A stretch of DNA of 60,509 nucleotides from Acidimicrobiia bacterium (GCA_041744795.1 JBGTKD010000199.1:1-60509), one strand, 5' to 3'; numbered from the stretch's first letter, positions 26,676-35,824 are shown. Numbers and translations are program-made. Notes: generated by a model from the letters alone, not told the origin.

Positions 26676-27110
26676 TCAGCGGTAGTCGGTCACGTACTCC
26701 CGGAGGGCCTTCGTCTCGTCGACGAGTTCTCCCATTCGATGTTTGACCAAATCACCGATACTCACCACGCCGACTAGCCGACCATCGACGGTCACAGGCA
26801 TGTGCCGGAACCGTCCGTGCGTCATCTGGTCCATTACGTCTTCGATGTCGTCTTCGGGGGTGCAGGTTTCGACTTTGCGTGTCATGAGTTCGGCGACAGA
26901 CATCTCCAGCAAGTTGGGTCCATGGTCGACCATCGCCCGTACGAGGTCCCGCTCGGAAATGATCCCGACGACCGTGTCACCGTCATCGCTGACTACGAGC
27001 GCTCCGATGTTGTGCGTTTTCAGATGGACCAGAGTGGTGTGGATGTTGTCGTCGGACGTGACCTTGGCGACGTCCTCGCCCTTCGATGACAGGATGTTCT
27101 TTACGCGCAT
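26676..27110 (-). CDS. Tandem-CBS-domain protein
   Basis: 144 aa with two CBS repeats (…GALVVSDDGDTVVGIISERDLV… and …RHMPVTVDGRLVGVVSIGDLV…). Confidence 0.85.
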   Translation of the reverse strand: MRVKNILSSKGEDVAKVTSDDNIHTTLVHLKTHNIGALVVSDDGDTVVGIISERDLVRAMVDHGPNLLEMSVAELMTRKVETCTPEDDIEDVMDQMTHGRFRHMPVTVDGRLVGVVSIGDLVKHRMGELVDETKALREYVTDYR

Positions 27111-27212
27111 GTCGGCTCCTTGCGCGTCCGGGATGGCCGTTGCCGGACGCGTCGGTGAGTAGCCGCCGGTCCACCGGGACGATTCGCCGTCGGCCCCTCA
27201 CGTTGAATCTAC

Positions 27213-27857
27213 GTGACAGATTGTGCGAGTGACGTCTTAGCGGTGTGTCACTCGATCCTCGTAGGGTCAGCCGACAGGATGTCTGCACAGTCCTCTCATC
27301 CGACCATCATCGAAGATGTGACCGACGAATTGACTCCAGAAGAGTGGCTCATTCCTGAGGATGAGGAACCCTTTGAGCACCCGCCCTGGAGGCGCAGGAC
27401 GATCACAGCGGTGGGTGTTCTGGTGGCCGCTGCGATGCTCGCGGTGCCCGTGTGGAACGTCATAGATGGGGCGACGCCTCGTTTTTCCGACAGTGGTCTC
27501 GAGCTGTGCGGCTTCGATTACTGCGTCGTCCAGGAGGGGGTGAGGGAGGCGGGTCAAGGCCTAACGATGAGCCGGCTGGCCAACACGTTTCTCGCAGAGG
27601 ACGATGCAGGCCAACTTGTCGACGTCCTGGTGGGATATCTCGGCGTGGAACCGGTCACAGTCGAGGTGGTCGAGAGGCTCGATGGCCGGATAGCCGGTCA
27701 GTACCAGTCGGCGACCCGCCATATTCTCCTCGAGCGGCCCGTACGTGCCTGGATCGTCCTGCACGAGGTGGCCCATACGGTCTCCTCCGGACACGGCGAC
27801 GATTTCATCGAAACGCTGGTCGATCTTGCCCGTTGGATGGAGGCAACCGAACAGTGA
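27213..27857 (+). CDS. Membrane-anchored protein with SprT-like HExxH zinc-metallopeptidase motif
   Basis: One TM helix (ITAVGVLVAAAMLAVPVW) and a C-terminal IVLHEVAHTVSSGHGDDF (HExxH...GH). The start is GTG 27213 or the in-frame ATG 27279. Confidence 0.55.
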   Translation: MTDCASDVLAVCHSILVGSADRMSAQSSHPTIIEDVTDELTPEEWLIPEDEEPFEHPPWRRRTITAVGVLVAAAMLAVPVWNVIDGATPRFSDSGLELCGFDYCVVQEGVREAGQGLTMSRLANTFLAEDDAGQLVDVLVGYLGVEPVTVEVVERLDGRIAGQYQSATRHILLERPVRAWIVLHEVAHTVSSGHGDDFIETLVDLARWMEATEQ

Positions 27858-27887
27858 TGGGACGCTTGGAGTAGCCTCGCCCCGCAC

Positions 27888-28799
27888 ATGGCTACAGGTA
27901 CTCACGACGCGATTCCTGACAACCGCAACGACGCGATAGTCGTATCGGTCAATGGTGAACTGGTTCCACGCGACCAAGCGAAGATCTCGGTGTTCGACTC
28001 CGGATATCTGGTGGGTGACGGGATTTGGGAGGCGGTTCGCCTTCATCGGGGGGTTCTGGTCTTTCTCGACGAGCACCTAGACCGGATGTGGGCTGCCGCG
28101 GCCACTGTCGCAATCGACATCAGAATGTCACGGGAGGAACTGACTGCCGAACTGCGACGGGTGTTGGATGCCAACGGCATGAACGACGGAGTGCACGTGA
28201 GATTCATGATCACCCGCGGGATCAAGAAGACGCCCTCCCAAGACCCGCGCCTCACTGTCTCCGGTCCCAACCTGGTGATCATCCCGGAGTACAAGGTCGC
28301 CCAGCCCGCAGAGGCTGGAATCAAGCTCTTCACGTCCACGATCCGTCGGGGTGGCCCGGAGATGCTTGACCCGCGGCTCAACTGCCACTCCAAACTTCAT
28401 GAAGTGATGGCGCTGATTCAGGCGCTCGAGGCCGGTGCAGACGAGGCGCTGATGCTCGACCCTCATGGCAACGTCGCCACCTGCAATTCGACCAACTTCT
28501 TCATCGTGAAAGACAGCGAGTTGTGGACCTCAACCGGTTCCTACTGCCTGCACGGCATTACGCGGGGAAAGGTTCTCGAGGTGGCCGCCCGGGCAGGCAT
28601 CCCGAGTTTTCAGCGTGACTTCTCACTGTTCGATGTCTACTCGGCCGATGAAGCGTTCGTGACAGGGACCTTTGGTGGGCTCACACCGGTAACCAATGTT
28701 GACGGCAGACACATCGGAACCGGAGACCGGACCATGACTGATCGTCTCAGGGGTCTTTACCGCGAGGCGGTTGAGTCGGCTGTGGCCGCCTCCTCGTGA
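27888..28799 (+). CDS. Class-IV (fold-type IV) PLP aminotransferase / lyase family protein
   Basis: 303 aa with class-IV patterns: VFDSGYLVGDGIWEAVRL..., ...VRFMITRG..., ...CLHGITRGKVLE..., ...EAFVTGTFGGLTPV.... Confidence 0.85.
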   Translation: MATGTHDAIPDNRNDAIVVSVNGELVPRDQAKISVFDSGYLVGDGIWEAVRLHRGVLVFLDEHLDRMWAAAATVAIDIRMSREELTAELRRVLDANGMNDGVHVRFMITRGIKKTPSQDPRLTVSGPNLVIIPEYKVAQPAEAGIKLFTSTIRRGGPEMLDPRLNCHSKLHEVMALIQALEAGADEALMLDPHGNVATCNSTNFFIVKDSELWTSTGSYCLHGITRGKVLEVAARAGIPSFQRDFSLFDVYSADEAFVTGTFGGLTPVTNVDGRHIGTGDRTMTDRLRGLYREAVESAVAASS

Positions 28800-29530
28800 C
28801 AGTCCGGATCTGTCTCTGGAGTGGGCCCCGGAACATCTCCACCGCCCTCATGTACTCCTTCGCACAGAGAAGCGACACGACTGTTGTCGACGAGCCTCTG
28901 TACGGGCATTACCTGCGGGTCACTCCCGCCGACGCCTACCACCCTGGGGCCGGAGAGGTCCTTACGTCGATGGAGACCGACGGGGAGAGCGTCGTTCGTG
29001 AGGTGATACTCGGCGATTACCGCACACCTGTTGTGTTCTTTAAGCAGATGACCCATCATCTGGTCGATCTGGACCGCGGGTTTCTCGACCAGACCGTGAA
29101 TGTCTTTTTGACTCGCGACCCGCACGACATGCTCCGCTCATATGGTGCGGTTGTCGAGAAACCGACCTTGTCAGACACCGGCTACCCGCACAGCGCGGCA
29201 CTGTTCGCCGAACTCAGCGACCGAGGCCAGGATCCGGCGGTCATCGACTCCACCCGCACCCTCGCTCATCCTGAGTCAGTTTTGCGAGCACTGTGCGACA
29301 GGATCGGTATCCCTTTCGAACCCTCGATGCTCTCCTGGGAAGCGGGACCCCGCCCCGAGGACGGGGTGTGGGCTCCCCACTGGTACTCGTCGGTCCACCG
29401 TTCTACTGGGTTCGGTTCGCCACGCGCCAAATCCGATCCCTTCCCAGAGCAACTGCGTCCGCTGTTGGAGGAATGCCTTCCCTTTTACGAATTGCTCGCG
29501 GAACACGCGCTAACTCCCGATATCCCTTAG
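28796..29530 (+). CDS. P-loop sulfotransferase-like protein of unknown function
   Basis: 244 aa starting LWSGPRNISTALMYSFAQRSDTTVVDEPLY..., later ...WEAGPRPEDGVWAPHWYSSVHRSTGF.... The GTG start overlaps the aminotransferase stop as GTGA. Confidence 0.75.
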   Translation: MTVRICLWSGPRNISTALMYSFAQRSDTTVVDEPLYGHYLRVTPADAYHPGAGEVLTSMETDGESVVREVILGDYRTPVVFFKQMTHHLVDLDRGFLDQTVNVFLTRDPHDMLRSYGAVVEKPTLSDTGYPHSAALFAELSDRGQDPAVIDSTRTLAHPESVLRALCDRIGIPFEPSMLSWEAGPRPEDGVWAPHWYSSVHRSTGFGSPRAKSDPFPEQLRPLLEECLPFYELLAEHALTPDIP

Positions 29531-29568
29531 CCCAGCTCGGCGTCTCGCTCATGGTCTAGCCTTCGCAC

Positions 29569-30615
29569 ATGGATCGGGCAGCTGTCTGGGAGTTCATGGA
29601 GCGGTTCGTGGACATGGCGGCGGGTGCGGCCACACTCTTTACGTTGGCAGTTGCCGACAGGTCAGGGTTGATGAAGGTTCTCGGGACCTCCGAACCGCTC
29701 ACCGTCGAGGGGGCGGCCGATACGGCGGGACTCGATAAACGCTACGTCCAGGAGATTCTCTCCCAACTCGCCGCGTCTGGTGTCTTGGACTACGACCCCG
29801 TGACGAAAACGTTTGTCCTTCCTCCAGAGCGGGCGACTGTTATCGCAGACGATTCGAGCCCGTATGCGATGACAGGTTGGCTGGACATGTTGCCAACCGC
29901 CGGGAACTTCATCGATGAGGTGGCTGACGCGACACGTCACGGTGGCGGCGTATCGGCCTCGCATTATCCAGATCGCATGGTTCATGCCGTAGACCGAGCG
30001 AACGCTCCCAGCACCAGGATTCTGCTCACCAGAAAGTGGCTTCCCACGATGCCCGACGTCGTAGAGAAACTGGAACGAGGTGCGCGAGTCGCCGACGTCG
30101 GGTGTGGTTCGGGGACGGCATTGTTGACGATGGCCTCCGCCTTCCCCGCCTCGGAATTCGTCGGATACGACGTCGACCCGCGCGCGGTAGAAGCAGCCCG
30201 AGCCGCGACGGCTGAGACCGCACTCTCGAATGTCAGTTTCGAAGAGCTTGGGGCGGGGGAGATACCGCTGGGTTTCGATCTGATAACGACTTTTGATGTA
30301 GTGCATGACCTGGCCGAACCGCTGGCAGCGGTGACCCGGTTCCGGGAGGCATTGAACGAGGACGGCACATTCCTGATGATGGAACCCTCCGTGGCGGCCC
30401 GCCTCGAGGACAACGTAGAACCCCGAGCTGCCCTCCTCTACGGGGTGAGCCTCTTGTTCTGCATGACCCAATCATTGGCTGTCGGGGGCGCCGGTTTGGG
30501 CACCGCCTGGGGCCCGGAAAGAGCGGAGGCACTGTGTCGGGAGGCGGGGTTTACGCATTTCCGCCGTCTGCCCGTGGAGAATCCGTTTAGCGCTTTCTTC
30601 GAAGTCCGTGCTTGA
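29569..30615 (+). CDS. Class-I SAM-dependent methyltransferase with N-terminal winged-helix domain (Rv2258c-like)
   Basis: Motif I VADVGCGSG, post-I GYDVD and a C-terminal ENPFSAFFEVR. Confidence 0.85.
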   Translation: MDRAAVWEFMERFVDMAAGAATLFTLAVADRSGLMKVLGTSEPLTVEGAADTAGLDKRYVQEILSQLAASGVLDYDPVTKTFVLPPERATVIADDSSPYAMTGWLDMLPTAGNFIDEVADATRHGGGVSASHYPDRMVHAVDRANAPSTRILLTRKWLPTMPDVVEKLERGARVADVGCGSGTALLTMASAFPASEFVGYDVDPRAVEAARAATAETALSNVSFEELGAGEIPLGFDLITTFDVVHDLAEPLAAVTRFREALNEDGTFLMMEPSVAARLEDNVEPRAALLYGVSLLFCMTQSLAVGGAGLGTAWGPERAEALCREAGFTHFRRLPVENPFSAFFEVRA

Positions 30616-30641
30616 GTCTTAGTTTCGATAGGGGGATTCTT

Positions 30642-31622
30642 ATGACTCGGAAAGTCCTGCTGCTCGTCGTTACCGCTCTGGTCGTTTCCGCGTGTGGGGC
30701 GGGCGACACCGCAGAAAACGGAGATACAACAACGACCTCGGCTCCCGCGACGGCCACTACCGAGGCCTCTGCGACCACTACCCAGCCGCCGACCACGACC
30801 ACAGTGGCTCCAGGGTCGGGCGGCGACCTTGCCTCAATTCGCGCGGCGCTGTCCCAGAGTGCAGAGATCACGTCGGGTCGCATCGAAGGCCTGATCGAGA
30901 TCACAGGCGCGGTCGACGGCGGACTGACGATGGACATGTCCCTTCCTTTCAGTGGCACCTTCGACAAGGTGACCGGCAACTCGACGTTCTTGATCGATCT
31001 CTCTGGCTTTGCCGAGGCGGGATCAGAGGAGATCCCCGCAGAGTTCGCCGACCTGTTCGGGGAGATGGAGGTGCGGACTATCGACGGCCTCTCGTACGTC
31101 CGGTTCCCGTTGTTCACGATGCTGCTCGGCTCCGGAACAGCGTGGGTGAGTTCGCCCGCTGATGAGGGCGAGGACTTGACTGGTGATTTCACGTTCACCC
31201 ACCCCGGCAATCCCGCCGAAATCCTGGATTCGCTCGAAGAAGTCGACGCGGAAGTGACTGAATTGGGTAGTGAGACGGTCAACGGGGTGCAGACGACCCG
31301 CTACCGGGTGATCTTCGACTCCTCCGAGCTTTACGCCCAGGCAACCCCCGAAGAGTTGGCTGAACTCGAGGATCAAGGTCTCATTCCGAATGGGACATTC
31401 CCCGTTGACATGTGGATCAGCGGTGAGGGTCTGATCGTCCGGTACGTGATGGACATCGATGGGACCGCAATCAGTAGTTCCCCAGGCGATGAGTTCGAAC
31501 GGATGGTGGTGACCTACGACTTGTTCGATATCAATCAGCCGGTTCAGATTGTCCCCCCAGATCCCTCGGAGGTCACCGACATCGAAGAGCTGGGAGCGGG
31601 CTTCTTCGGCTTCGACGGCTGA
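30642..31622 (+). CDS. Lipoprotein with Thr-rich linker (LppX/LprG/LolA-like fold candidate)
   Basis: ATG 30642. MTRKVLLLVVTALVVSAC lipobox and a T/A-rich linker. The fold assignment is tentative. Confidence 0.7.
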   Translation: MTRKVLLLVVTALVVSACGAGDTAENGDTTTTSAPATATTEASATTTQPPTTTTVAPGSGGDLASIRAALSQSAEITSGRIEGLIEITGAVDGGLTMDMSLPFSGTFDKVTGNSTFLIDLSGFAEAGSEEIPAEFADLFGEMEVRTIDGLSYVRFPLFTMLLGSGTAWVSSPADEGEDLTGDFTFTHPGNPAEILDSLEEVDAEVTELGSETVNGVQTTRYRVIFDSSELYAQATPEELAELEDQGLIPNGTFPVDMWISGEGLIVRYVMDIDGTAISSSPGDEFERMVVTYDLFDINQPVQIVPPDPSEVTDIEELGAGFFGFDG

Positions 31623-31646
31623 CGAGCGAGGAGTCTGTTCTAACCC

Positions 31647-32720
31647 GTGTGGACCTGGCATGAAACTGATCTGGCGTCCGGTCGGGGGGCTCCAGCAGAG
31701 GCACGTGCCTGGCTGGGCTTCACATTCGGACTGCGCGGCCCGGTGGCAATTGACATCGAGGTTGTCACCTCGGAACTGATCCTGGCGATCCTTGAGACGG
31801 GATCGCTGGGAGACAACGAAGTTATCGGCCTCTCCGCTGATCGCCCCCCGGGAGCCGTGCACATCGAGGTAAGCGCGCCCTCTGGTTTCGAACTTCCCGC
31901 CGACTGCACTGGTCTTCTCGACGATCGGACTTCCGCCTGGGGGGATGTGACCGAAGACGGTTTGCGAACCGTCTGGTTCGAAGCATCGATCCCATCCGCT
32001 TCCTTTGAATTGGAAGTTGTCGATGACGGCGACCTGATTGAGCGGATGAGAGTCGATGAGCGAGCCGGGGCGGAATTTGTCGCCCGACACGAGCCTCTCG
32101 TCCGTCGTCTTGTCGCCCGATACCGGAGGTCGGGAGCCGAGGCAGAGGATCTGTTCCAGGTGGGGAGCGAGGCGCTAGTTGGTGCCGCCCATCGCTTCGA
32201 CCCTGGTCGGGGGTTGTTCGAGAGATTTGCGGCGAGGACGATCTCGGGGACTCTCAAAAAGCATTTTCGTGACCTGGGTTGGGCCGTCAAACCTCCTCGG
32301 CGGCTCCAGGAGGCCGTGCTTGAGATGCAGTCCTCAGAGCAGGAACTTGGTCAACGTTTGGGTCGAGCACCGACCTCCGCAGAACTGGCTAGCGAGATCG
32401 GCTGGTCGACGGACGAGGTCGCTAGGGCGCGACAGGCCGCTCAGGTGTATGACGCACAGCCGATTGACGACCTGGAGCGCCATCCCGGGTTCATCGACGC
32501 GGCTGTGGCGCGAGCGGCTGGCTGGGCGATCGTGGACCTTGCCATGGGTGCACTCCCAGAGCGTGAGCGCGAGATTGTCAGGCTCCGTTACTTCGAGGAT
32601 CTGAGCCAACGTCAGATCGCTGAGCGCATGGGCGTATCCCAGATGCATGTGAGCCGGCTGTTGCGGGCTTCGATCGAGGAGATGCGTCAGACAGCGGGAG
32701 TGTCGTCCAGCGACCAATGA
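31647..32720 (+). CDS. SigF/SigB-type (group 3) sigma-70 factor with N-terminal RsbW/SpoIIAB-like (HATPase_c_2) domain
   Basis: The C-terminal 230 aa or so carry region 2 (DLFQVGSEALVGAAHRFDPGRGLFERFAARTISGTLKKHFRD, WAVKPPRRLQE), region 3 and region 4 (REREIVRLRYFEDLSQRQIAERMGVSQMHVSRLL). The N-terminal 125 aa or so read AEARAWL...DIEVVTSELILAILETG...VHIEVSAPSG...WGDVTEDGLRTVWFE. Confidence 0.85.
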   Translation: MWTWHETDLASGRGAPAEARAWLGFTFGLRGPVAIDIEVVTSELILAILETGSLGDNEVIGLSADRPPGAVHIEVSAPSGFELPADCTGLLDDRTSAWGDVTEDGLRTVWFEASIPSASFELEVVDDGDLIERMRVDERAGAEFVARHEPLVRRLVARYRRSGAEAEDLFQVGSEALVGAAHRFDPGRGLFERFAARTISGTLKKHFRDLGWAVKPPRRLQEAVLEMQSSEQELGQRLGRAPTSAELASEIGWSTDEVARARQAAQVYDAQPIDDLERHPGFIDAAVARAAGWAIVDLAMGALPEREREIVRLRYFEDLSQRQIAERMGVSQMHVSRLLRASIEEMRQTAGVSSSDQ

Positions 32721-32820
32721 CCTGGCACTTCGCTACTGCTGACCGGAAACCCTCGCGAGCGCGATTCCCGTCTGTTACCGCGATCGGCCACCATGGAGGT
32801 TCGGACTTACCAGGAGCACC

Positions 32821-33264
32821 ATGGCCCACTATCAATGCCGAATCTCTACCCCGATGTCGGTCGCAGATGCCTTTGACTTCATGGCGGAGGTCCGCAATTT
32901 CGAGCGATGGGATCCTGGAGTCGTGTCCGCTGTCCAGGTAGACGGAGAAGGCCCCGGCCCTGAGGCGAAGTACGACTTGTTGACCTCGAATAACGGGCGG
33001 GAGACACTCTTTCGGTACGAGGTGACCGAGTACCGTCCCCCTGATCGTTTCACGATCGTCGGAAAGAAGATGCCGTTCACTTCCGTCGACGTCATCGAGG
33101 TGGATACAGACGATGGGCAGACGATCCTCACTTACGACGCGGTCCTGACCGTGCCCTTCCCGCTTTCGCTGGGCGACCGGTGGTTGCAAGGCGTCTTCGA
33201 TCGCATCGGCGATGCAGCCGCCAGCGGTCTTGCCAGGGAACTGGGCGGAGAGTGGCTTCGATGA
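32821..33264 (+). CDS. SRPBCC (START/polyketide-cyclase-like) family protein
   Basis: 147 aa with an SRPBCC-like pattern (…VADAFDFMAEVRNFERWDPGV…). Its stop overlaps the next start as ATGA. Confidence 0.75.
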   Translation: MAHYQCRISTPMSVADAFDFMAEVRNFERWDPGVVSAVQVDGEGPGPEAKYDLLTSNNGRETLFRYEVTEYRPPDRFTIVGKKMPFTSVDVIEVDTDDGQTILTYDAVLTVPFPLSLGDRWLQGVFDRIGDAAASGLARELGGEWLR

Positions 33265-34226
33265 GCTCGGCCGACTTGATCGACCGGGCCATCGAGGTTC
33301 CGGTCGTCACTTCGTTCACCAGTATCGGATACTCGTTGCGCAAGCGGATCGACAGTTGGACTCCGCTGGGCCACTACGACTTGCGGGACCGCGTGGTGGC
33401 TATAACGGGTCCGACGTCGGGTCTCGGGGAGGCTGCGGCAGAGTGGTTCGCACGGCTAGGAGCCACGCTGGTTTTGGTGGCCCGGAACGAGGCGAAGGTG
33501 AACAGCCTGGCCGAGCGACTCAAGAACGACTCGGGCAACGACACCATTTCGACAGTCATCGCCGACATGGGGGACCGGTCGGCCGTTCGGGCAGCCGCCG
33601 AGGTCATATCGACCCGTCACTCCCGGCTCGACGCCCTTGTGCATAACGCCGGTGCTCTCTTGAACGAGCGCCGCACCCAGCCCGACGGACTAGAGACGAC
33701 TGTGGCAGTGCATGTCGTCGGCCCCTTCCTCATGACGGGCCTTTTGCTCGACCGGCTCGGACCTGGTTCGCGGGTTGTCACGGTCTCATCGGGCGGCATG
33801 TACACAGCCCCTCTGACCGTCGCCGGGCTCGAAATGTCTGAGGACGAGTACAACGGGTCAACTCAATACGCATTGGCCAAGCGGGCTCAGGTGACTCTCA
33901 ATGAGATTTGGGCCGGGCACGTTCCCGATGTTCGATTCCACGCCATGCATCCCGGATGGGCCGACACGCCGGGGGTGGCGGACTCGCTCCCCGTGTTTCG
34001 TCGACTGGTGGGACCCCTCCTGCGTAGTCCCCGCCAAGGAGCGGACACCATGGTGTGGCTCACAGCAGATGACTCCACGCCTTTGGAGTCCAGCGGCAAG
34101 TTCTGGCTGGACCGCCGGGTCAGGGACATTCACAAGCTTTCTTCAACACGGAAGTCCGATACCCCGGAGCGTCGCCAGCGGCTATGGGAGACGGTCGCTG
34201 ACCGGGCAGGCTGGGCTTTTCCGTGA
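33261..34226 (+). CDS. Short-chain dehydrogenase/reductase
   Basis: ATG 33261. TGPTSGLG cofactor motif, NAG, and the YALAK catalytic Tyr/Lys. Confidence 0.85.
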   Translation: MSSADLIDRAIEVPVVTSFTSIGYSLRKRIDSWTPLGHYDLRDRVVAITGPTSGLGEAAAEWFARLGATLVLVARNEAKVNSLAERLKNDSGNDTISTVIADMGDRSAVRAAAEVISTRHSRLDALVHNAGALLNERRTQPDGLETTVAVHVVGPFLMTGLLLDRLGPGSRVVTVSSGGMYTAPLTVAGLEMSEDEYNGSTQYALAKRAQVTLNEIWAGHVPDVRFHAMHPGWADTPGVADSLPVFRRLVGPLLRSPRQGADTMVWLTADDSTPLESSGKFWLDRRVRDIHKLSSTRKSDTPERRQRLWETVADRAGWAFP

Positions 34227-34936
34227 CGCAGCTACTCGAGCTCGACGATGCCGGAATCATCGAGCAGTACCTGGCCGACGAGCGACCACCGCACGCAACC
34301 CGGCCGTGGGTGACGATGGGGATGATCTCTTCCCTCGACGGAAGCGTGACAGTCGACGGCCGGTCGACCGGTCTTGGAGGCCCGCCCGACCGAGCCGTGT
34401 TCCGAGCGTTGCGGGCGGTTTCTGACGTGGTTCTGGTCGGTGCTGAGACGCTGCGAACCGAACGCTACCGAGCAGTTTCATTGCCAGAGCACCTCGTCGG
34501 TTGGCGGCGCTCCTTTGGGATGGCCGACAACCCGCAAATAGCCGTCGTATCCCGCAGCCTCGACCTGGAACTCACCGAAAGTCTCGCGGATTCCCGTCCC
34601 TTAATTCTCACCTGTGACTCGGCTCCGATCGAAAAGAGGCAGGCATTGGCAGAGGTCGCCGAAGTCGTCTTGTCGGGGACTGACGACGTTGTGCCCGAGC
34701 TGGCGCTGGCTCGCTTGCAGGAACGGGGGATGGGACGGGTGATCCTCGAAGGTGGACCGTCTCTCAACGGTCAGATGATTGACCTCATCGACGAGGCCTG
34801 TGTCACCATCGCGCCCCTCGTGGCCGGGGGTGCCGCGACCCGGATCGTCGCTGGCGCGCCAGACTCACGGCGGCTGGACCTCATGCGGGTAATCCACAGC
34901 GATGGCTTCCTGCTGCTCAGGTATCTGGTCCGCTGA
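34223..34936 (+). CDS. RibD C-terminal-domain / DHFR-like reductase
   Basis: GTG 34223 overlaps the SDR stop as GTGA. RibD_C pattern: PWVTMGMISSLDGSVTVDGRS..., ...VLVGAETLR..., ...ILEGGPSLNGQMI.... Confidence 0.8.
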   Translation: MTQLLELDDAGIIEQYLADERPPHATRPWVTMGMISSLDGSVTVDGRSTGLGGPPDRAVFRALRAVSDVVLVGAETLRTERYRAVSLPEHLVGWRRSFGMADNPQIAVVSRSLDLELTESLADSRPLILTCDSAPIEKRQALAEVAEVVLSGTDDVVPELALARLQERGMGRVILEGGPSLNGQMIDLIDEACVTIAPLVAGGAATRIVAGAPDSRRLDLMRVIHSDGFLLLRYLVR

Positions 34937-34986
34937 ATGCTTGCTCGTTTCACATGATTGCTTGCATTTGCTAGCATAGCCCCACT

Positions 34987-35787
34987 ATGACCGCAGCAGC
35001 ATTCTTTGACCTGGATCGCACACTCATCTCCGGTGCGTCCGCATTCCCGTTCGCCGTCGAGGCCTGGCGAGCAGGTCTCGCCACCAATCGGGAGATCGCC
35101 AGATGGGGCTTTGCAGCCGTCACCTTCCTCCTGGCGGGGGACAAGGGTGGGGACCTTTCGGACAACACTCGCGCCGAATTCCTCGGAAAGGTGGCCGGTG
35201 TGAGCATCGACCAACTTGATTCGATTGCCCGTGAAATGCTCACCAACCTCGTGAACGACATCCGACCTGAGTCCAAGAAGCTGCTTGCGATGCACCACGA
35301 TGCGGGCCGAGAGACCTGGATCGTGTCTGCGTCGCCGCAGGCGATCGTCGAACCGCTTGCCAGCGCTCTCGGCATGGACGGGGCGATCGGAACGCGAGGA
35401 AAGATCATCGATGGCCACTACACCGCGGAACTGGACGGGCCGTTCGTCTACGGGGAAGGCAAGGCCACTGCTATTCGGTCCCTAGCCGGGGAGCGCGGAT
35501 ACGATCTCGAGAAGTCCTACGCCTACAGCGACTCGATCTCAGATCTTCCAATGCTCGAGACGGTGGGCCATCCCGTTGCGGTGAACCCCGACGGAGAACT
35601 CGAGCGTGTTGCCTACGAGCGGGGCTGGCCAATCGTCATCTTCGCTCGCAGGACCAAGCGGGCGATCGCCTTGGGTTCGGCAGCCACCGTCGCCACCGGC
35701 GGAATGGCTGCCACCTACTTTCTAGGTCGTCACCACGCCCGAAGTCGGCGTCGATTCCCCTGGCTCACATCACTGCGCCCAGACTAA
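34987..35787 (+). CDS. HAD-IB (SerB-like) family hydrolase with C-terminal membrane anchor
   Basis: Motif I FFDLDRTL, and later SASP..., GEGK..., YSDSISDLPML. The C-terminal segment AIALGSAATVATGGMAATYFLG is hydrophobic. Confidence 0.8.
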   Translation: MTAAAFFDLDRTLISGASAFPFAVEAWRAGLATNREIARWGFAAVTFLLAGDKGGDLSDNTRAEFLGKVAGVSIDQLDSIAREMLTNLVNDIRPESKKLLAMHHDAGRETWIVSASPQAIVEPLASALGMDGAIGTRGKIIDGHYTAELDGPFVYGEGKATAIRSLAGERGYDLEKSYAYSDSISDLPMLETVGHPVAVNPDGELERVAYERGWPIVIFARRTKRAIALGSAATVATGGMAATYFLGRHHARSRRRFPWLTSLRPD

Positions 35788-35824
35788 GAACATCACCCGG
35801 TCCGCCATCAGCCAGGTGACAGGC

